Below are positions 53,376 through 64,000 of a stretch of DNA of 64,000 nucleotides, piece by piece (position 1 is the first letter of the stretch; the number at the start of each line of letters is the position of its first letter). Under the pieces are notes generated by a model. It saw nothing but the letters and a program-made list of their open reading frames with translations, made no database searches and was not told where the DNA came from. Position numbers and translations under genes: made by a program. This DNA is from the human T2T-CHM13v2.0 reference genome, Homo sapiens: assembly GCF_009914755.1 (NCBI RefSeq), contig NC_060932.1. One strand, written 5' to 3'.

Positions 53376-56300
53376 GGCTGGTGTGGTGGCTTTTACCTGT
53401 AATCCCAGCACTTTGGGAGGCCGAGGCAGGTGGATCATCCGAGGTCAGGGGTTTGAGACCAGCCTGGCCAACTTGGTGAAACCCCATCTCTACTATTTTT
53501 TTTATACTTTAAGTTCTAGGGTACATGTGCACAACGTGCAGGTTTGTTACATAGGTATACATGTGCCATGTTGGTTTGCTGCTCCCATTAACTTGTCATT
53601 TACATTAGGTATTTCTCCTAATGCTATCTCTACCCCTGCCCCCTACCCCATGACAGGCCCCCATGTGTGATGTTCCCCGCCCTGTGTCCAAGTGTTCTCA
53701 CTGTTCAATTCCAACCTATGGTGGTTTTTGTTGCCACTGCTTTTGGTGCTTTAGTCATAACCTATGAGTGAGAACATGTGGTGTTTGATTTTCCGTCCTT
53801 GTGACAGTTTGCTCAGAATGATGGTTTCCAGCTTCATCCATGTCCCTACAAAGGACATGAACTCATCCCTTTTTTATGGCTGCATAGTATTCCATGGTGT
53901 ATACGTGCCACATCTTTGTAATCCAGTCTATCAGTGATGGACGTTTGGGTTGGTTCCAAGCTTTTGCTATTGTGAATAGTGCCACAATAAACATACGTGT
54001 ACATGTGTCTTTATAGTAGCATGATTTATAATCCTTTGGGTATATATCCAGTAATGGGATCTCTGGGTCAAATGGTATTTCTAGTTCTAGATCCTTGAGG
54101 AATCGCCACACTGTCTTCCACAATGGTTGAACTAGTTTACACTCCCAGCAACAGTGTAAAAGCGTTCCTATTTCTCTACATCCTCTCCAGCATCTGTTGT
54201 TTCCTGACTTTTTAATGATCGCCATTCTAACCGGCATGAGATGGTATCTCATTGTGGCTTTGATTTGCGTTTCTCTAATGACCAGCAATGATGAGTATTT
54301 TTTCATGTGTCTGCTGGCTGCATAAATGTCTTCTTTTGAGAAGTGTCTGTTCATATCCTTTGCCCACTTTTTGATGGTTTTTTTTTTCTTGACAATTTGT
54401 TTAAGTTCTTTGCAGATTCTGGGTATCAGCCCTTTGTCAGATGGGTAGATTGTAAAAATTTTCTTCCACTCTGTAGATTGCCTGTTCACTCTGATAGTAT
54501 TTTCTTTTGCTGTGCAGAAGCTCTTTAATTTAATTAGATCCCATTTGTCTATTTTGGTTTTTGTTGCCATTGCTTTTGGTGTTTTAGTCATAAAGTTCTT
54601 GCCCATGCCTATGTCCTGAATGGTATTGCCTAGGTTTTCTTCTAGGGTTTTTATGGTTTTAGGTCTAACATTTAAGTCTTTAATCCATCTTGAATTAACT
54701 TTTGTATAAGGTGTAAGGAAGGGATCCAGTTTCAGCTTTCTACATATGGCTAGCCAGTTTTCCTAGCACCATTTATTAAATAGGGAATCCTTTCCCTATT
54801 TCTTGTTTTCATCAGGTTTGCCAAAGATCAGATGGTTGTAGATGTGTGTTGTTATTTCTGAGGCCTCTGTTCTGTTCCATTGGTCTATTTCTCTGTTTTG
54901 GTACTGGTACCATGCTGTTTCAGTTACTGTAGCCTTGTAGTATAGTTTGAAGTCAGGTAGCGTGATGCCTCCAGCTTTGTTCTTTTTGCTTAGGATTGTA
55001 TTGCCTATGCAGGCTTTTTTTTGGTTCCATATGAACCTTAAGGTAGTTTTTTCCAATTCTGTGAAGAAAGGCATTGGTAGCTTGACGGCGATGGCATTGA
55101 ATCTATAAATTACTTTGAGCAGTATGGCCATTTTCACAATATTGATGCCTCCTATCCATGAGCAAGGAATGTTCTTCCATTTGTTTGTGTCCTCTTTTAT
55201 TTCGTTGAGCAGTGGTTTGTAATTCTCCTTGAAAAGGTCCTTCATATCCCTTGTAAGTTGGATTCCTAGGTATTTTATTCTCTTAGTAGCAATTGTGAAT
55301 GGGAGTTCACTCATGATTTGGCTCTCTGTTTGTCTGTTATTGGTGTATAGGAATGCTTGTGATTTTTGCACATTGATTTTGTATCCTGAGATTTTGCTGA
55401 AGTTGCTTATCAGCTTAAGGAGATTTTGGGCTGAGACAATGGGGTTTTCTAAATATACAATCATGTCGTCTGCAAACAGGGACAATTTGACTTCCTCTTT
55501 TCCTACTTGAATACCCTTTATTTCTTTCTCTTGCCTGATTGCCCTGACCAGAACTTCCAACACTATGTTGAATAGGAGTGGTAAGAGAGGGCATCCCTGT
55601 CTTGTGCAAGTTTTCAAAGGGAATGCTTCCAGTTTTTGCCCATTCAGTATGATATTGGCTGTAGGTTTGTCATAAATAGCTTATTATTTTGAGATACGTC
55701 CCATCAATACCTAGTTTATTGAGAGTTTTTAGCATGAAGCGCTGTTGAACTTTGTCAAACGCCTTTTCTGCATCTATTGAGATAATCATGTGGTTTTTGT
55801 CATTGATTCTGTTTATATACTGGATTACGTTTATTGATTTGCATATGTTGAACCAGCCTTGCATCCCAGGGATGAAGCTGACTTGATCATGGTGGATAAG
55901 CTTTTTGATGTGTTGCTGGATTCGGTTTCCCAGTATTTTATTGAGAATTTTCGCATTGATGTTCATAAGGAATATTGGTCTAAAATTCTCTTTTTTTGTG
56001 TGTCTCTGCCAGGCTTTGGTATCAGGATGATGCTGGCCTCATAAAATTAGTTACGGAGAATTCCCTCTTTTTCTATTGATTACAATAGTTTCAGAAGGAA
56101 TGGTACCAGCTCTTCTTTGTACCTCTGGTAGAATTAGGCTGTGAATCTGTCTGGTCCTGGACTTTTTTTGGTTGGTAGGCTATTAATTATTGCCTCAATT
56201 TCAGAGCGTGTTATTGGTCTATTCAGAGATTCAACTTCTTCCTGGTTTTTTGGTCTTGGGAGCATGTATGTGTCCAGTAATTTATCCATTTCTTCTAGAT

Positions 56301-59300
56301 TTTCTAGTTTGTTTGCGTAGAGGTGTTTATAGTATTCTCTGATGGTAGTTTGTATTTCTATGGGATCGGTGGTGATATCTCCTTTATCATTTTTTTACTG
56401 AGTCTATTTGTTTCTTCTTTTTCTTCTTTACTAGTCTTGCTAGCAGTCTATTTTATTGATCTTTTCAGAAAAACCAGCTTGGGGATTCACTGATTTTTTG
56501 AAGGGTTTTTTGTGTCTCTATCTCCTTCAGTTCTGCTCTCATCTTAGTTATTTCTTGCCTTCTGCTAGCTTTTGAATTTGTTTGCTCTTGCTTCTCTAGT
56601 TCTTTTAATTGTGATGTTAGGGTGTTGATTTTAGATCGTTCCTGCTTTCTCTTGTGGGCATTTAGTGCTATAAATTTCCCTCTACAAACTGCTTTAAATG
56701 TGCCCCAGAGAATCTGGTACGTTGTGTCTTTGTTCTCATTGGTTTCAAAGAACATCTTTATTTCTGCCTTCATTTCGTTATGTACCCAGTACTCATTCAG
56801 GAGCAGGTTGTTCCGTTTCTGTGTAGTTGTGCAGTTTTGAGTGAGTTTCTTAATCCTGAGTTCTAGTCTGATTGCACTGTGGTCTGAGAGACAGTTTGTT
56901 GTGATTTCTGTTCTTTTACATTTGCTGAGGAATGGTTTACTTCCAACTATGTGGTCAATTTTGGAATAAGTGTGATGTGGTGCTGAGAAGAATGTATATT
57001 CTGTTGATTTGGGATGGAGAGTTCTGTAGATGTCTATTAGGTCTGCTTGGTGCAGAGCTGAGTTCAAGTCCTGGATATCCTGTCTTGTTGATCTAATATT
57101 GACAGTGGGGTGCTAAAGTCTCCCATTATTACTGTGTGGGAGTCTAAGTCTCTTTGTAGGTCTCTAAGGACTTGCTTTATGAATCTAGGTGCCCCTGCAT
57201 TGGGTGGTACATACATATTTAGGATAGTTAGCTCTTCTTGTTGAATTGATCCCTTTACCATTATGTAATGGCCTTCTTTGTCTCTTTTGATCTTTGTTGG
57301 TTTAAAGTCTGTTTTATCAGAGACTAGGATTGCAACCCCTGCTTTTTTTTGCTTTCCATTTGCTTGGTAGATCTTCCTCCATCCTTTTATTTTGAGCCTA
57401 TGTGTGTCTCTGCATGTGAGATGGGTCTCCTGAATACAGCACATTGATGGGTCTTGACGCTTTATCCAATTTGCTAGTCTGTGTCTTTTAATTGGGGCAT
57501 TTAGCCCATTTACATTTAAGGTTACTATTGTTACGTGTGAATTTGATCCTGTCATTATGATGTTAGCTGGTCATTTTGCCCGTTAGTTGATGCAGTTTCT
57601 TCCTAGCATTGACAGTCTTTACAATTTGGCATGTTTTTGCAGTGGCTGGTACCAGTTGTTCCTTTCCATGTTTAGTGCTTTCTTTAGGAGCTCTTGTAAG
57701 GCAGGCCTGGTGGTGACAAAATCTCTCAGCATTTGCTTGTTTGTAATGGATTTTATTTCTCCTTCACTTATGAAGCTTAGTTTGGCTAGATAGGAAATTC
57801 TGGGTTGAAAATTCATTTCTTTAAGAATGTTGAATACTGGCCCCCACTGTCTACTGGCTTGTAGAGTTTCTGCCCAGAGTTCCACTGTTGGTCTGATGGG
57901 CTTCCCTTTGTGGGTAACTCGATCTTTCTCTCTGGCTGCCCTGAATATTTTTTCCTTCATTTCAACCTTGGTGAATCTGACAATTATGTGTCTTGGGGTT
58001 GCTCCTCTTGAGGAATATCTTTGTGGTGTTCTCTATATTTCCTGAATTTGAATGTTGGTCCACCTTGCTAGGTTGGGGAAGTTCTCCTGGATAATATCCT
58101 GAAAAGTGTTTTCCAATTTGGTTCCATTCTCCCCATCACTTTCAGGCACACCAATCAAATGTAGATTTGGTCTTTTCACATAGTCCCATGTTTCTTGGAG
58201 GTTTTGTTCATTTATTTTTACTCTTTTTTCTCTAACCTTGTCCTCTCACTTTATTTCATTAATTTGATCTTCAGTCACTGATACCCTTTCTTCCACTTGA
58301 TCGAATAGGCTATTGAAGCTTGTGCATGTGTCACGTAGTTCTCCTGCCATGGTTTTCAGTTCCATCAGGTCATTTAAGGTCTTCTCTACATGTTTATTCT
58401 AGTTAGCCATTAGTCTAATCTTTTTTCAACGCTTTTAGCTTCCTTGCAATGGGTTCGAACATCCTCCTTTAGCTCAGAGAAGTTTGTTATTACCAACCTT
58501 CTGAAGCCTACTTCTGTCAGCTCATCAAAGTCATTCTCTGTCCAGTTTTGTTCCATTGCTGGTGAGGAGCTGCCATCCTTTTGGGGAGAAGAGGTGCTCT
58601 TGTTTTTAGGATTTTCAGCTTTCTGCTCTGGTTTCTCCTTATCTTTGTGGTTTTTATCTACCTTTTGTCTTTGATGCTGGTGACCTACCGATGGGGTTTT
58701 GGTGTAGATGACCTTTATGTTGATGTTGATGCTATTCCTTTCTGTTTGTTAGTTTTCCTTCTAAGAATCAGGTCCCTCAGCTGCAGGTCTGTTGGAGTCT
58801 GCTGGAGGACCACTCCAGACTCTGTTTGCCTGGGTATCACCAGTGGAGGCTGCAGAACAGCAAATATTGCTGCCTGATCCTTCCTCTAGAAGCTTCATCC
58901 CAGAGGGGCATCTGGCTGTGTGAGGTGTCAGTTGGCCCCTACTGGGAGGTGTCTCCCAGTTAGGCTACACAGGGGTCAGGGACCCACTTGAGGAGGCAGT
59001 CTGTCTGTTCTCAGAGCTCGAACACCATGCTGGGAGAACCACTACTCTCTTCAGAGCTGTCAGACAAGGACGTTTAAGTCTGCAGAAGTTTCTGCTGCCT
59101 TTTGTTCAGCTATGCCCTGCCCCCAGAGGTGGGGTCTATAGAGTCAGCAGGCCTTGCAGAGCTGCAGTGGGCTCCACCCAGTTTGAGCTTCCCAGGCTGC
59201 TTTGTTTACCTACTCAAGCCTCAGCAATGGCGGATGCCCCTCCCCCTGCCAGGTTGCTGCCTTGCAGGTTGATCTCAGACTGCTGCACTAGCAGTGAGCA

Positions 59301-59854
59301 AGGCTCCGTGGGCATGAGACCCGCCAAGCCAGGCATGGGATATAATCTCCTGGTGTGCCTTCTGCTAAGACCACTGGAAAATCACAGTATTTAGGTGGAG
59401 GCATCCCGTTTTTCCAGGTACAGTCTGTCACGGCTTCCCTTGGCTAGGAAAGGGAAATCCCCTGACCCCTTGTGCTTCCTGGGTGAGGTGATGCCCTGCC
59501 CTGCTTCAGCTTGCCCTCCGTGGGCTGCACCCACTGTCCAACCAGTCCCAGTGAGATGAACCAGGTACCTCAATTGGAAATGCAGAAATCACCGTCTTCT
59601 GCGTCAATCACACTGGGAGCTGCAGACCGGAGCTGTTCCTATTTGGCCATCTTGGAATGGAATCCATGTCTCTACTAATAATAAAATTAGCCAGGTGAAG
59701 TGGCAGATGCCCATAATCCCAGCTACTTGGGAGGCTGAGGCAAGAGAACTGCTTGAACCCAGGAGGCAGAGGTTGCAGTGAGCTGAGATTGCACCACACT
59801 GCACTCCAGCCTAGGCGACAGAGCAAGACTCCATCAAAAGAAAAAAAAAAGAAA
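53376..59854 (+). mobile_element. AluS split by L1: left arm 53376-53495, right arm 59667-59854
   Basis: The arms are contiguous once the L1 is removed. TSD gaaaatgga(a/g)aaagaa at 53360-53375 and 59855-59870. Confidence 0.93.
53496..59666 (-). mobile_element. Full-length (~6.17 kb) L1PA element, L1PA6-like; ORF1 and ORF2 disrupted
   Basis: 5'UTR start ttccaagatggccaaataggaacagctcc with intact YY1 motif (59645-59654). ORF1 fragment 57619-57960. ORF2 is split over several frames (57064-57555 EN, 54796-55617 RT with FADD, 53863-54606 C-terminus). TSD present. Confidence 0.97.
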
Positions 59855-60120
59855 GAAAATGGAGAAAGAACCAAAGACTCAACGAATGCAGCTCCAGATA
59901 CTGAAAAGTAAAAGAGATTCTCTGCTAGAGTATTTGGAGGGATTGTAGCCCTGCTGATAGCATGATTTAGCCTCATAACACTTAGTTCAAATTTCCCCAG
60001 AGAAGGTGTGGCCCTGCTACAACTCAGGTTTAGCCCCGTTAAGATTTAGTTTGGATTCCTGGCTCCAGAACTGTAAAACAACACATTTCTACTGTTTTAA
60101 GCCACTCAATTTGTGGTAAT

Positions 60121-60246
60121 TTGTTACAGCAGCCATGGGAAATGAATACAGACCCCTTCCCTTCTCTACATATACTCATTTCTTTGTTACAGCAGCCATG
60201 GGAAATGAATACAGACCCCTTTTCTTCTCTATATATACTCATTTCT
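60121..60246. repeat. 63-bp tandem duplication
   Basis: ttgttacagcagccatgggaaatgaatacagacccctt...tatactcatttct at 60121 and 60184. Confidence 0.95.
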
Positions 60247-61499
60247 TTGGAGAGTCCTTTGAAGATCCCATTCAGTCTCATGGTTTTAAATACCATCTAT
60301 ATACTGATTACCACAAATTCCAGCCTAGAACTCTCCCTTGAACTCCCAATTTGGACACACAATCGTATATTTGGTATGCCCACCTGGATGCAGAAGAACT
60401 TCCCAGCCAACAAGTTCCACCCACAGTCTTCCCCAGTTCAGTTATAGGCAACACCATCCTGGCTGTTCAAACAAAAAACCTTGGAATTATCCCGGATCTT
60501 TCATTCTCATATTCAGTCAGTTATACAATTTTGTTGCCTATATATTAAAAAGTTATCAGGAACCTGACCAGTTCTTACTGTCTCTGGTGCTCTTTGCCCG
60601 GATGACTGCTTCTACCCTTGCCCCACTCAATCAATTCTGAAATGTGGTCAGAGTAAACTTTTTAAAGTCAGTCAGTTAGAGATCAAGTTATTTCTCTATG
60701 GCTACATATTTCTTTTAGAACAAATGCCCAAATCTTTACAATACCTTCAGAAGCCTACCATCTGGTGCACCCTACCACTTCCCTATCCTGCTCTCCAACT
60801 TCATCTTCTTATGTTCTGGCCCTCACTCATTCAGCTGCCCAAAATCAATGTATCACTTTAGTGTTCCCCCAACACACCAAAGGAAGCTTCCACTTCAGAG
60901 TCTTTGCTGGTCCCTCTACTTGGAATGTTCTTCCTTCAGATATCCGGATGGCTCACTCCCTGCTTGGTCCTTTACCTCCTTCAAGTCTTTATTCAATTGT
61001 CACTTTCTCAATGAAGCCTTCTCCAACCATTCTACTCAATATTGCAAGCCCTTTACCCCAACACCGGCCTCATTACCTTACGTGGTTCTTTTTTCTCTCC
61101 AAAGTACTTATCGTCTTTTAGCAAACTGTATACTTTACTAATTTATTATGGTTATTGACTGTTTTCTCCATTACAGTATATGCTTTGTGAAGGTAGAGAT
61201 TTTTGTCTGGTTTATTTGTTGCTATATCATGAATATCTAGAACAGTGCCAGGCATGTATTACATATAACTGATTTCTAGTATATAGGAAGTAGACTGCAC
61301 TACCCTAGTATTTAAGGTCCTGATGAATCCATTACAAATATTTTATTTCAGACTTCAAGTTTTTATCTATACTGCTTCAGGAAACACTTTATGTTAACTA
61401 TTATCATAGGTGGCAAATTCCTAAGTTACAGCAATATTACAGTCACCCTGCTGTAATAATCACCTATCTACTAGAAAGGTAGAAGGAATAGTTGTGGCT

Positions 61500-61790
61500 C
61501 ATATTGTATGATTCTACTTACACAAAATGTCAAGACAGGCAAATCCACAGAGACAAGAAGTAGACCAGTGGCTGCCTAGGACTAGAAAAAGAAAAGGGTG
61601 TTGGGAGGAAATGGGAAGTGACTACTAGTGGGTACAGGGTTTCTTTTTGGGATAATGATGAAAATATTCTGAAATGGATTATAGTGCCAGCTACAAAACT
61701 GTATATGTACTAAACAACCATTGAATTACATACTTTAAATGGGTGAGTTATATGGTGTGTGAATTATATCTCAATAAAGTTTTTATTAAA
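61500..61790 (+). mobile_element. Ancient L1MB/ME 3' end
   Basis: tattgtatgattc...ggcaaatccacagagac...gtgtgaattatatctcaataaag. Confidence 0.85.
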
Positions 61791-64000
61791 AATTTTTATG
61801 TGGCTGTGGCTGGTTATGTTTTGGATTGCTTAAGAAATAAAACAATTTTGGGGAAAATTATGGGAAAACAAATTTAAAATAAAGTTCTTAACAATTTAGG
61901 ACTAACAATTACTATCACAATTTGACAGTAATTAATTAAAGTAAGCAAAATTATTAGGATTCTAAAAACTTTCAAATAAATATTTTAACTGCATAGCCTT
62001 GTTCTATTTAATGACACAAAAGATTTAGGAAAGGTCAAGGTAAGAACTAATGATGTATTCTTACATACCTTATAAATTGAGTAAACAAAAACTCAGGGAA
62101 ACTCATCTAAAAAAATAAAAAGGTTTTCAAAACTCGACCCACATTTGCCCAATCAGGTACTAACTAGTCTTTCCCCAACCATCTTTTTTTTTCATCTGAA
62201 AAGTTTAATGATCTAACCTGCTAGAGATTCAGCATATGATGAAAGGGAGCTTGCAGAAGGCAAAATAATTATACGAACAAAATATCTTTCCTTTTCTTAA
62301 CTTGGACAAAATATATTTAGACAGAATTAAATGGCAGTTTCTTGGGTGGTTCTTTAAAGTTTTCCTAGGCACTCTTAAGATTGGTATAACAATATAAATT
62401 TTATTATATCTTTAAGCATCTCAGAAATTACACTTATAATTTATGCTCATAATTATAAATAGATGTGTCTATGTAAAATGTACAGTGTACTCATTTAAAA
62501 ATCTAGATTCACAGCATTAAAATACTTAGGCTGTTTTATATAAACTACAAACAAAAATACAAGTTTTACTTAGATGACTATTGTGCAGATTATTAAGAGA
62601 CTGGTAAGTTTAATGAAAACATCCTAATGGAATTATTTTATTAAGGAGAATTACTTTGACATTTAAATTTTTACTTGAAAGAATCCTACCTAGTAATCGA
62701 ATAGCTTTTTAAGAACAGTGTATAAAATAAACTATACCATAAACTTAAGCCTAGAGTTCATCACAGATTAAAACTTTTAAACTTTAAACTAATCATAAAT
62801 TAAAGTATACACTGAGGAATAAGACATATACAGAAAGAGAAGTACTATGGCCAACAGCTTTTTAACAAGACTGTAAATAAACCTTATTTTACCAATATTA
62901 AAGGATTCACCTACCATATTCTATTAAAAATTCTATTTTTCTACTCATAAGTTACCTCAATAACAAAGATGTGAAAATCTAATACTTTTCTAAAACTTAC
63001 TAACATTTTATTTAAAGTATAATATCTAATGCTTATTGACATTTATTCAAATCACTTCTTTTTAAATAAAAACAAGTTCTCTATTTTGAAATTTTGTAGG
63101 ACTCAATATCAGGTATTTTGTTAAATGGTAACTTAGAATAAATTCAAAAGAAAGGTTTAAAAAAGAAAAGTTCTAAGCTTTTAAATGATCCTATCAATAT
63201 TGGTGTCCGGGTTACACACAACTATAAATCAAAGCAGAAACTGGCAAAATAAAAGAATGATGTTGACATACATTATTCTAATACGTAATGGATTTCTGTA
63301 AAGAAGAATTACTAGAGACAATAGATGCCCCTTTTGTTATGCTGCTATTAAGTATTATTGAACAGTCACATTTAGTTTAATGCCTAATCCAGAGGCATGC
63401 CACAAATATGCAAGTCCTATTTTTGTCTATGTCTGAAGACGGTTATGTGTGTTCTTTTTCTCCTTCCAATTTCCTAATCAGTTTTGCAAATAGTTACAAA
63501 ATTTTTACCAGGCCAAACAGCCCCCTGCTCCCTACCCTCACCCATATATTTGCCTTCATTTTCAGCCCCTGTAACATCAGAGGGTTTTTTTTTTAAAACT
63601 GTAAATAAATCCTGACTAATTATGATTTATTCACAGCTGCTCTCAATGATATTATGAACTAGTATCCTTTTCCACTATTAATAATTTCTATAAAATATTT
63701 AAATGCAGTTTTTTTTTACAACTAGAATTCTCATTTGAACAAACAAGAAAATGTCATACTGAAGGTAAATACATCAATTTAAAAATTTCTCTTATAAATA
63801 AGTATGTTTTAAGTTTAATAAAGTAGCTAGCACAGCTGGGAACAGGAAAAATGCTGTTTGCTTCAATTTTGCAAGCATTTGATTTGATTGGATGGCAAAA
63901 TCAGCTTGACTGTGTTAGACCTTAAAGCCTAACGGTGACATAAAATAGGTAAAATAGGATACCCTGTGAGTAAGGTGGGTGAAGTAATTGATAATACAGA

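Larger units (their letters stand above)
51993..60150 (+). mobile_element. MLT1D-like provirus: LTR 51993-52512, short internal 52513-53087, 3' LTR 53088-53375 plus 59871-60150
   Basis: Both LTRs share tacctcatatggcaaagactttgcaa and end gcagccat.ggaaa..aataca. Confidence 0.85.
51715..61270 (+). mobile_element. L2 host element split into 51715-51992 and 60151-61270
   Basis: Left piece ends gagtgccctggggatcagtcctt. Right piece resumes cccttctctacatatactc...ggttttaaataccatcta and runs to the L2 3' end. Confidence 0.8.

Noticed and set aside
53863-57960. L1 ORF1/ORF2 as an active retrotransposon or host gene
   Set aside because: Both ORFs are broken into several frames by stops and frameshifts.
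63260-63960. Homeobox-like words (TGATTTAT, TGATTGGATGG) as a possible enhancer
   Set aside because: Too weak in very AT-rich sequence without conservation data.

Overview
Primate (most likely human) genomic DNA, AT-rich and dominated by interspersed repeats. The only real protein-coding sequence I can support is the terminal exon of STK3 (MST2, Hippo kinase) on the minus strand at 8932-9090. It encodes the C-terminal SARAH domain (LKNLSLEELQMRLKALDPMMEREIEELRQRYTAKRQPILDAMDAKKRRQQNF*), in a frame the supplied ORF track missed. A ~1.2 kb 3'UTR follows, ending near 7723. Everything from 9091 to 64000 appears to be the last STK3 intron, with no further exon recognised. The most notable structures are: (1) a full-length U6 snRNA copy fused directly to the ORF1 region of an old, near-full-length L1, with an apparent target-site duplication around the whole ~5 kb unit, later hit by a THE1D provirus and deletions; (2) a four-level nest L2 > MLT1D > Alu > full-length L1PA6-like element; (3) several local templated insertions, fold-back palindromes and an inversion with a duplicated breakpoint; (4) a strong extended CTCF motif; (5) an Alu whose poly(A) tail has become poly(G). 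Repeat subfamily names come from recalled consensus sequences, not from an alignment run, and boundaries of old repeats are approximate. I see no CRISPR array, no prokaryotic system and no convincing novel gene.
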